Shown here: one piece after another, positions 56,542 through 64,000 of the stretch
Layout of the letters: each line of letters opens with the position of its first letter
How positions within the stretch are numbered: position 1 is the first letter of the stretch
From: an uncultured Collinsella sp.
GTDB lineage: Bacteria > Actinomycetota > Coriobacteriia > Coriobacteriales > Coriobacteriaceae
Assembly (NCBI GenBank): GCA_905200715.1
Contig: CAJKLK010000007.1
Location: 21,040-85,039 of the forward strand
Direction of reading: 5' to 3'
DNA length: 64,000 nucleotides
Made by a program: the position numbers and the translations under genes
Notes under the pieces: model-generated
Seen by the model: only the letters and a program-made list of their open reading frames with translations
Told to the model about the DNA's origin: nothing
The model's database searches: none

Positions 56542-57123
56542 ATGGAGCTCACTGACCGCTCTGGTTACTTTGCGGGCCCCGGTATGCTCGGCGGCTCCTT
56601 TGGCGACGCCTCGCGCGCAAGCGACGAGGCTGCCGAGGGCGTCGCCGACCCCTGCCTGGGTCATGCGCCCGACCAGGTGGTCTTCTATGAGCTCACGCGT
56701 AAGTTTGTGGAGACCGAGGAAGACGTTCCCCAGGAGGCCTGCGACGTGCTGTACTACACGCTCGCCGTGGGCCACCACACTGGCGTGCTCGACTGCTTTG
56801 AGCCGCGCCTGTCGGTGCCGGTGGATGTGTTCTATTCGCTCGTCGACGCGCTGCCGGAGGGGGAGGCCAAGACCAAGTTCGAGGCCATCCGCTCCTTTGG
56901 CGAGTGCCAGCTCGACAAGGCGGCGGTGCCGTCGCTGCTCGAGGCCTGCGATGCGCTGCTCGATGAGCGCGGTTTTCGCGGGTCGGCCAAGGCCGGCATC
57001 TCGGTGTTCGACGACGACTTTGGCCTGCATGCCCAGCAGGTCGCGTTTCTGATGAAGTTCCGCGATCTGGTTGAGCGCGTGCGCGATGTGTCGGGCGTGT
57101 ATCTGACGGGAAGGTTGCAGTAA
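56542..57123 (+). CDS. hycH: formate hydrogenlyase maturation protein HycH/HyfJ family
   Basis: VVFYELTRKFVETEEDVPQEACDVLYYTLAVGHHTGVLDCFE aligns with the E. coli HycH N-terminal region as I recall it. Confidence 0.8.
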   Translation: MELTDRSGYFAGPGMLGGSFGDASRASDEAAEGVADPCLGHAPDQVVFYELTRKFVETEEDVPQEACDVLYYTLAVGHHTGVLDCFEPRLSVPVDVFYSLVDALPEGEAKTKFEAIRSFGECQLDKAAVPSLLEACDALLDERGFRGSAKAGISVFDDDFGLHAQQVAFLMKFRDLVERVRDVSGVYLTGRLQ

Positions 57124-57626
57124 TGGGTCACGTTGTGGATGGCCGTGTGAACGACGCTCCGTTTGCGGGTATCGTGCTCACGGCGGGAAGCGTGCTGCGT
57201 GCCGACGATGCCGCCGGCCCCGTGCTCTCCAAAAAGATGGAAGACGCACCTATCGCCGGTTGGTACACCATCGACGGAGGCCAAACGCCCGAGGACGACA
57301 TCATCGAGGTCAAGCGCGAGCGTCCGCCGCGTTTGGTTTTGGTCGATGCTGCCGACATGGCGCTGCCCGTCGGGTCCATCCGTTTGCTCGACAAGCGCGA
57401 TGTGGCCCGCAAGTCGATGTTCACCACGCATTCGCTCCCTTTGTCGATTCTGATCGAAGAGATTGAGCAATCGTGTGATGATATCGTCTTCGTTGGGATT
57501 CAACCGGGCGATACGGAGTTTTACAACCCCATGTCCCCGGAGGTCTTTGACGCCGTCGACGCCGTGTACGACGCCGTGGCCGCCAACGACTTTTCCCACT
57601 TTGTCCGCTTGGGGCAAGAGCAATAG
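57123..57626 (+). CDS. hycI: hydrogenase 3 maturation endopeptidase
   Basis: GSVLRADDAAGP and LVLVDAADM blocks of the HycI/HybD protease family. ATG overlaps the hycH stop. Confidence 0.85.
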   Translation: MGHVVDGRVNDAPFAGIVLTAGSVLRADDAAGPVLSKKMEDAPIAGWYTIDGGQTPEDDIIEVKRERPPRLVLVDAADMALPVGSIRLLDKRDVARKSMFTTHSLPLSILIEEIEQSCDDIVFVGIQPGDTEFYNPMSPEVFDAVDAVYDAVAANDFSHFVRLGQEQ

Positions 57627-57665
57627 GAGCGCTTGTCCCTGCTGATTAGGAAAGAAGTGATTGAC

Positions 57666-58505
57666 ATGGCAGATTCCAAGGTGGAGTACCCCGCTCCCGA
57701 TTGCCTGGCGCCCGCCGCGATCGAGGCCAAGACCGAGGCCGCCGGCGTGACCAAGGCCAGCCTGCCGGTCGCAAAGGCCTTTCTGTTGGCAATGTTCGCC
57801 GGCGCGTTTATTGCCTTCGGCGGCCTGTTCTTTACCGTGTTCTTGAGCGATAGCACGCTGGGCTGGGGTGCCCAGCGCGTCGTGGGCGGCCTGTGCTTTT
57901 GCCTGGGCCTGGTGCTCGTGCTGGTGTGCGGCGCCGAGCTGTTTACCGGCAATTCGCTTATGGTCTGCGCGCTCAAGAGCAAAAAGATCACCCTGGCTCA
58001 GATGCTCAAGGCTTGGGTCGTCGTATGGGTCGGTAACTTTGCCGGTGCTCTGTTCATCGTCTTTTTGGTGTACATGGCCGGCATTTACAAGCTCAACGGC
58101 GAGGCGGTCGCCAATTCCATGGTGAGCGTCGCCGCCGGCAAGGTGACGGTCGACTGGGTGACGATCTTCTTCCGCGGCATCCTGTGCAACATCTTTGTGT
58201 GCCTGGCCGTGTGGATCGGTACCGCCGGCAAGACCGTGGTCGATAAGGTTGTGGGCATTCTGCTGCCCATCGCCGCCTTTGTGGCCTGCGGTTTTGAGCA
58301 CTGCGTTGCCAACATGTACTTTTTGCCCATGGGCGCCGTGATGCATGCATGCGGCTATGGCGCCGACGTCGCCGGCGCCGATGCGCTCAACGCTGCGGGT
58401 ATTGCGTTTAACCTGTCCGCCGCCACGCTGGGCAACATCGTGGGCGGCGCGGTTCTGGTCGCGCTTGGTTACTGGTTCATCTACGCCAAGAAGTCCGAGG
58501 CGTAA
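57666..58505 (+). CDS. focA: formate/nitrite transporter family formate channel
   Basis: GAELFTGN and GFEHCVANM FNT signature blocks. Confidence 0.9.
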   Translation: MADSKVEYPAPDCLAPAAIEAKTEAAGVTKASLPVAKAFLLAMFAGAFIAFGGLFFTVFLSDSTLGWGAQRVVGGLCFCLGLVLVLVCGAELFTGNSLMVCALKSKKITLAQMLKAWVVVWVGNFAGALFIVFLVYMAGIYKLNGEAVANSMVSVAAGKVTVDWVTIFFRGILCNIFVCLAVWIGTAGKTVVDKVVGILLPIAAFVACGFEHCVANMYFLPMGAVMHACGYGADVAGADALNAAGIAFNLSAATLGNIVGGAVLVALGYWFIYAKKSEA

Positions 58506-58527
58506 GGTATCGTCTGTTTGACGTTGG

Positions 58528-58563
58528 GCCTCCCGCGGGGCGTTGCCGTGCGGGAGGCTTTTT
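58528..58563 (+). terminator. rho-independent terminator after focA
   Basis: GCCTCCCGC-loop-GCGGGAGGC followed by TTTTTGGG. Confidence 0.75.
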
Positions 58564-58627
58564 GGGTCTGGGGCTCGTTGCCGGGCTTTTGGCCTGTTGT
58601 GTTTGGCTGGTGAAAGGGGTAATCGAG

Positions 58628-60745
58628 ATGGCATCTGCTGTGAAGCGTGACGGTCGCGCCGTGGTGACCACATGCGGGGGATGCTATGCCGATTGCGCCT
58701 TTGCGGCACGCGTTGAGGACGGTCGCGTGGTGGCCGAGTTGCCGGTGCCGGGGCATCCGTGCGCGGCGCGTGCCCTGTGCGCCCGCGGACGGCATCGCCT
58801 GTCTATGCCGTTTGACGAGTGCGATCGCATTGTGCACCCCATGCGCCGACGAGCTGATGGCTCGGGGTTCGATGTGATTTCGTGGGACGAGGCGTTCGCG
58901 CAGATCGCGGCGCGCCTTGGGGAGATTGTTGACGGGCATGGTCCGCGCGCGCTGGGCATGACGCTCGGCGTGCCCTCGTTCGACCGTTACTGGGCGTATC
59001 GCTTTATGCATGCGCTGGGCTCGCCCAACGTTTACGGTGCCGACGGCGCCTGCGAGGTAAGCCGACTGACCGGTTGGGAGCACAGCCTAGGCTACAGCCC
59101 CGCCTCCGACCTGGCACATACCGATTGCATCATGTACCTGGGGCGTTCCATTGTCGATTCGTCGACGATGGGGTCCGTTGATGCGCTCAACGATGCACGC
59201 CGGCGTGGGGCGAAGATCATCGTTGTCGACCCCCGGCGCAGCGGCTCGGCTGCGCTTGCCGACCGCTGGCTGCGCGTGCGCCCGGGCTGCGATTTGGCGT
59301 TGCTGCTGGGTATCGCACATGTGTTGATTGCCGAGGACCTGTACGATCACGAGTTTGTTGCCCGCTATACCACAGGCTTTGACGAGCTGGCGCTGGCGGC
59401 CCGTGCTTGGACGCCCGAGTGGGCCGAGTCGATGTGCGACGTGCCGGCCGCAGAGATTGTCGCCACGGCGCGCGATCTCGCTGCCGCCGCGCCTGCCGCC
59501 GTGGTGGATGCGGGCTTTCATGGTGGCATCGGTATCGCGTATGCCAATAGCACCCAGACCGCGCGAGCTATCTGCATGGTCGATGTGCTGCTGGGCTGTA
59601 TTGGACATGCGGGCGGTGCGCTCAACCCACCGACGCCGCTTGTATTTGGCGACCTTGATTCCATGCGCTTTGCGACGCCGCCGGTGCCGGGCGAGCCCAA
59701 GCTGGGGTCCGAGTGCTATCCACTGGTCGATCCGGTGCGCGGTCTGTGCACGACCATCGGCCAGTCGATTCTGGCCGGGGACCTGCGCGGGCTGATTGTT
59801 TACGCCAGCAATCCCGGTGCGGGCTATGGCAATGCGCAGGCTTGGCTGGGCATCTTGCAGCAGCTCGACCTGCTCGTGACAATTGATATTCGCTGGTCCG
59901 AGACGGCGCGCGCTTCCGACTTCGTGCTGCCCGATGTGACGTATCTGGAGGCCGACCGCGGCGTGGGCGCAGTCGTGGGCGCCAATGATTCGCGCGTGCT
60001 CTACCGCAACGCCGTGCTGCCCGTGCAGCATGACGACACACGTCCCGGCCGAGAGATTTTTACCGGTCTGGCGCAGGCGTGCGGCGTTGGCGAGTACTTC
60101 CGGTTTACGCCCGACGATCTGGCGGCTGCCCAGGTGGCGCCTTTTGGGATCGATCTGGACGAGCTCAAGGAGCGAGGATGGGCCGACACGGGCGTTGCGC
60201 TGCCATCGCGTACGGGCGAGCCGGTGATTCCCTTGAACAGTGGCAGGATCGCGCTGGCAAGCGACGTATGGGAACGAGCCGGACTGGGTCGTGTACCCAA
60301 CTGGATCGCTCCCATGGTTGAGCCTGGCCCGGGGTTGTTTCGCCTCATTAGCGGCAACCGTCCCTTTGAGTCGCATACCTCGCGAAGGCTTGCAGCCCAA
60401 GGTGCCGCCGAGGCTGGATTGGACCTGGATGCCGTGCAGATGAATGCCGATACAGCTGCGCGCATGGGCATCGCCGACGGCGAGATCGTCGACCTTGTGA
60501 GCGATATGGGTCGCGACCGCGTGCGCGTGGAGGCGACGCCCTATCTGCATCCGGCTTGCATCTTTACGTCGGCCGCCCCCGGTGGGCGTTCGTTTGGCGC
60601 CGATGCCGGTGGCGCTCAAGCCTTGGGCGTGGGCCCGCTCGACCATACGCCGTTGCGTTGGGATCCGTTGACGGGCGCCGCGCTCACCCAGGAAAACGCC
60701 GTTCGCGTGGAAAAGATTGTCGCGCGCGGGGATAATGACGAGTAA
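58628..60745 (+). CDS. cytoplasmic molybdopterin (bis-PGD) oxidoreductase, substrate unknown
   Basis: N-terminal CGGCYADC...C 4Fe-4S motif, no Tat signal, and a GADGACEVSR segment with a Cys where the family carries the Mo ligand. C-terminal barrel domain (GEIVDLVSDMGR). Confidence 0.8.
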   Translation: MASAVKRDGRAVVTTCGGCYADCAFAARVEDGRVVAELPVPGHPCAARALCARGRHRLSMPFDECDRIVHPMRRRADGSGFDVISWDEAFAQIAARLGEIVDGHGPRALGMTLGVPSFDRYWAYRFMHALGSPNVYGADGACEVSRLTGWEHSLGYSPASDLAHTDCIMYLGRSIVDSSTMGSVDALNDARRRGAKIIVVDPRRSGSAALADRWLRVRPGCDLALLLGIAHVLIAEDLYDHEFVARYTTGFDELALAARAWTPEWAESMCDVPAAEIVATARDLAAAAPAAVVDAGFHGGIGIAYANSTQTARAICMVDVLLGCIGHAGGALNPPTPLVFGDLDSMRFATPPVPGEPKLGSECYPLVDPVRGLCTTIGQSILAGDLRGLIVYASNPGAGYGNAQAWLGILQQLDLLVTIDIRWSETARASDFVLPDVTYLEADRGVGAVVGANDSRVLYRNAVLPVQHDDTRPGREIFTGLAQACGVGEYFRFTPDDLAAAQVAPFGIDLDELKERGWADTGVALPSRTGEPVIPLNSGRIALASDVWERAGLGRVPNWIAPMVEPGPGLFRLISGNRPFESHTSRRLAAQGAAEAGLDLDAVQMNADTAARMGIADGEIVDLVSDMGRDRVRVEATPYLHPACIFTSAAPGGRSFGADAGGAQALGVGPLDHTPLRWDPLTGAALTQENAVRVEKIVARGDNDE

Positions 60746-60797
60746 TTGACTCAGCTGATGTATTCGACTGATCCACGTTTCTTTTGAAAGGCCGCAC

Positions 60798-62255
60798 ATG
60801 AGCGATAGCCAGAACATGTCCGATGAGGTGCGCGTCCGCCTGCGCGCCATTCCCTCTGTCAACGAGCTGCTTGCCGAGTGGCCGGTAGTGAAGGCGGCGG
60901 GGGAGACCTGCGACGCGGTGGTGCATGCCGCCGTCACGGCCGAGCTCGACGAGGAGCGCGCCGCCATTCGTGCCGGTGCCGCCCCGCGCTCTAAGCGCGA
61001 GCTGGCATCGGCCATCGAGTGGCGTGCGCATCGCTCCGCGCTGCCGAGCCTGCGCCCCGCCGTCAACGCCACGGGTGTGGTCATCCATACCAACTTGGGT
61101 CGCGCCCCGCTCGCGGAGTCGGCGGCAAAGGCCGTGGCCGAGGTTGCGCGCGGGTATAGCACGCTCGAGTACAGCGTCGACACCTGTTCGCGCGGGTCGC
61201 GCAAGGAGCATGCCGCGCAGCTGATCCGCTCACTCACCGGTGCCGAGGACGCGCTGGTCGTCAACAACAACGCCGCCGCGGTGCTGCTGGTGCTGGCGAC
61301 TCATGCCGCGGGCAAAGAGGTTATCGTCAGCCGCGGCGAGCTTGTCGAGATCGGCGGCAGCTTCCGCATCCCCGACGTCATGGCGGCTTCGGGCGCCAAA
61401 CTCGTCGAGGTCGGCGCCACCAACCGCACGCATCTGGGCGACTATGAGCGCGCCATTACGCCCGAAACGGCCATGATCCTGAAGGTTCATCCTTCCAACT
61501 ATCGCATCGAGGGTTTTCACGAGGAAGTGAGCTCAAGGGAGCTCGCCGCACTGGCCCATAAGCACGGTCTGCTGTTCTATGAAGACCAGGGCTCGGGGGC
61601 GCTGTTGCCTGACGACATCCTGGTGCGCGGCGGCGAGGAAACCACGCCGGCTTCGGTTTCGGCAGGGCTCGATCTGGTGTCGTGCTCGGGCGATAAATTG
61701 CTCGGTGCCGCACAGGCGGGCATCATCATGGGCCGTCGCGATCTGGTCCAGGCCTGTGGGTCGCATCCGCTTATGCGCGCCCTGCGCCCGGGCAAGTTGG
61801 CGCTCACGGCGCTCGAGGCCACACTGCGCATCTACATGGATGGCGCCGATGTTGCCCATCGCGATATTCCCGTGCTCAGCATGCTTACGCTGCCGCAGGC
61901 CCATTTGGAGCGACGTGCCCGCAAGCTGCGCGATCGTATGGTCGCCGGGCTCGATAAGGCTGGTTGCCCGTGCGCCGTTCAGGTGGAGATAGTCGAGGAA
62001 TCGTCGACCCCCGGTGGCGGCTCGCTGCCTACCGTGGAGCTGCCCACGACGTGCGTTGCCGTCTGCCCGGTTGACGTGCGCCTGTCCGTCGACGCGCTGA
62101 AGCGCTCGCTTGTCCAGGACTTCGACACGCCGGTCGTCACGCGAACCTCGCACGATCGCATTTTGTTTGATGTGCGCACACTCGTGGGCGACCGCGATAT
62201 CGAGACGGCGGCGTCGACGCTTGCCGCATGTGTAGAGAAGGCGATTGCTCGATGA
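60798..62255 (+). CDS. selA: L-seryl-tRNA(Sec) selenium transferase
   Basis: VNATGVVIHTNLGRAPL and CSGDKLLGAAQAGII (PLP-Lys) blocks. Confidence 0.9.
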   Translation: MSDSQNMSDEVRVRLRAIPSVNELLAEWPVVKAAGETCDAVVHAAVTAELDEERAAIRAGAAPRSKRELASAIEWRAHRSALPSLRPAVNATGVVIHTNLGRAPLAESAAKAVAEVARGYSTLEYSVDTCSRGSRKEHAAQLIRSLTGAEDALVVNNNAAAVLLVLATHAAGKEVIVSRGELVEIGGSFRIPDVMAASGAKLVEVGATNRTHLGDYERAITPETAMILKVHPSNYRIEGFHEEVSSRELAALAHKHGLLFYEDQGSGALLPDDILVRGGEETTPASVSAGLDLVSCSGDKLLGAAQAGIIMGRRDLVQACGSHPLMRALRPGKLALTALEATLRIYMDGADVAHRDIPVLSMLTLPQAHLERRARKLRDRMVAGLDKAGCPCAVQVEIVEESSTPGGGSLPTVELPTTCVAVCPVDVRLSVDALKRSLVQDFDTPVVTRTSHDRILFDVRTLVGDRDIETAASTLAACVEKAIAR

Positions 62256-64000
62256 GTGAGGTCCAAGCGCTGGTGGAGTGTCCCGTCATCGTTGGCACGG
62301 CGGGCCATGTCGACCACGGTAAGTCGGCGCTCATCGAGGCGCTGACGGGCAAAAACCCCGACCGCCTGGAAGTTGAGCGTCGTCGCGGCATGACGGTTGA
62401 GCTTGGCTTTGGCGAGCTGGCACTGCCGAGTGGCAAGATCGTTGGCCTGGTCGACGTGCCGGGCCACGCGCATTACCTGCGCGCCATGGTGCAGGGTGCC
62501 ACGGGCATCGACGTTGCCGTGCTGGTGGTCTCTGCCGTTGAGGGTGTAATGCCGCAGACGCGCGAGCACGTGCACGTGCTGGAGCTGCTGGGCGTCACGC
62601 ATATGGTGGTGGCGCTGACGATGTGTGACCTGGCCGATGCCGAGATGACCGAGCTTGCCGAGCTCGACGTCGATGACTTTTTGTCGGGTACCGTGTTTGC
62701 GGACGCGCCGATCGTGCCTGTGTCGTCCAAGACCGGCGCGGGGATCGATGATCTGCTGGCTGCGCTCGACGAGCAGGTTGCCGCTTGCTGGGATTCCTGC
62801 CGTGCCCGTGCCGAGCGCACCGATGCCGCGCCGCGTCTGCCCATCGACCGCTGCTTTACGATCAAGGGCGCCGGCACCGTCGTGACGGGAACGCTGCACG
62901 ATGCTCCGGTTGCGGTGGGCGATGAGCTCGTCGCGCTGCCGTCGCGCGCGACCTGCCGTGTACGCGGGATTCAAGTGCATGGCGACACGCAGCGGGCGCT
63001 GCCCGGTCAGCGTGTGGCGCTCAACCTGGTGGGCGATGGCGTCGCCGCACTTGACCGCGGTGAGATGCTGGGCGTGGCGGGCCGCTTTGGCCAGACGATG
63101 CGCTTTATGATGACGTTTACGTATTTGGGTCGCGAGGGAGCCAAGCCGCGTGTGCTCGAGTCGGGTGCGCGTGTGCACGTGATGGCGGGTACGGCTGAGG
63201 TTGTCGGTCGCATCATGTTCATGGAGGGCGAGGCCCCCATGGCGGTTGGCGAGACGCGAGTGGCGCAGGTACGCTTGGAGGAACCGCTGCCGCTGCGCGC
63301 CGGCGACCATGCTGTGGTGCTGTCCTATTCACCGGTCATGCTTATTGGTGGAGGGCGCGTGCTGTTGTCGCGCTGTCGCCGTTCGCGCGAACTTACTGAG
63401 GGGGAGCGTGCGCTGTACGCGGCGCTTGAGGCCGGAGATATTGCTGGCGCGGTGGATGCGTGGCTGGCGTTGCAAGCGCTGCCGGTTGCGGCTGCAGATG
63501 TTACCACGGCGCTCGATCTTGTTGCCGGTGAGGCTGAGGCAGCGTTGCGCGAGTTGGTGGCGCGAGGGGTTGCATGCGAGCTTGTCGGCTCGGATGGCTC
63601 GCTGTATGCAGACGCTTCCGCGCTCGATGCCGCGATGGGTACGCTGGCGGCGACCCTGTCAGCCATGCACGCGGCGGTTCCCAAGGAGACGGGCTTTACG
63701 CCCGGTGCGGTCGCTCACGCCGCCTGGCCGGCTGCGGATGAAACCGTTGCCGCAGCCCTGATTTCCGAGGGCTGCTCGCGCGGCGTGTGCGCCGCCGAGG
63801 GGGCCGAGGTGTTCGACCCGCACTCCGCTGCCGCCGCGGCGCGTGTGGTGCGCGAGGCCTGCGAACGTATCGTTGCCTTGCTGGACGAAGCCGGCCTCGA
63901 TGCGCCGACGCTGCCCGAGGTTGGCGAGCAGTTGCAGCTCGATCGCGACACCATGACGCGTGCCCTGCGCGAGCTTTCGCTCAACCGTTCCATCGTGAAA
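62252..64000 (+). CDS. selB: selenocysteine-specific translation elongation factor (3' end beyond window)
   Basis: Own translation from ATG 62252 (ATGA overlap with the selA stop) gives MSEVQALVECPVIVGTAGHVDHGKSALIEALTG...DVPGH...; the frame stays open to nt 64000. Not in the ORF track because it is unterminated. Confidence 0.9.
   Translation, partial: MSEVQALVECPVIVGTAGHVDHGKSALIEALTGKNPDRLEVERRRGMTVELGFGELALPSGKIVGLVDVPGHAHYLRAMVQGATGIDVAVLVVSAVEGVMPQTREHVHVLELLGVTHMVVALTMCDLADAEMTELAELDVDDFLSGTVFADAPIVPVSSKTGAGIDDLLAALDEQVAACWDSCRARAERTDAAPRLPIDRCFTIKGAGTVVTGTLHDAPVAVGDELVALPSRATCRVRGIQVHGDTQRALPGQRVALNLVGDGVAALDRGEMLGVAGRFGQTMRFMMTFTYLGREGAKPRVLESGARVHVMAGTAEVVGRIMFMEGEAPMAVGETRVAQVRLEEPLPLRAGDHAVVLSYSPVMLIGGGRVLLSRCRRSRELTEGERALYAALEAGDIAGAVDAWLALQALPVAAADVTTALDLVAGEAEAALRELVARGVACELVGSDGSLYADASALDAAMGTLAATLSAMHAAVPKETGFTPGAVAHAAWPAADETVAAALISEGCSRGVCAAEGAEVFDPHSAAAAARVVREACERIVALLDEAGLDAPTLPEVGEQLQLDRDTMTRALRELSLNRSIVK

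Overview
High-GC (about 60-65% by eye) chromosomal segment. Gene content suggests an anaerobic actinobacterium, possibly Coriobacteriia-like; that is inference only. About 60 genes can be supported.

The first 36 kb is housekeeping and cofactor metabolism:
- thiC-thiD behind a TPP riboswitch
- polA, argG/argH, ndk, rpiB, rpsA, RNase P RNA
- metY, xpt, arfB
- molybdenum genes moeA-mog and modABC

The last 28 kb is one selenium / formate / hydrogen supercluster:
- selD with an in-frame UGA (Sec), then yedF, a DUF3343 gene, a class-V lyase/desulfurase and a BrnQ-type carrier
- tRNA-Pro and tRNA-Gly, followed by a decayed integration scar and a DinJ-PIN toxin-antitoxin pair
- a complete Hyd-4-type formate hydrogenlyase operon: hydN-like, fdhF with in-frame UGA, hyfABCDEFGHI, hycH, hycI, focA
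- an orphan cytoplasmic Mo-bisPGD oxidoreductase
- selA and selB; selB runs off the window end
- no selC (tRNA-Sec) was found

I see no obviously novel protein-coding system. The least-explained signals are non-coding:
1. A 24-codon ORF ending RRQRAISRRR with a strong RBS, followed by two terminator-like hairpins upstream of argG. This may be an arginine attenuator.
2. Three families of extragenic palindromes whose copies differ by compensatory changes.
3. An array of six alternately inverted 16-mers between two convergent genes.
4. A segmental duplication of the tRNA-Gly 3' end enclosing a structure of three hairpins.

All calls come from reading the sequence and the ORF track. No searches or folding computations were run.
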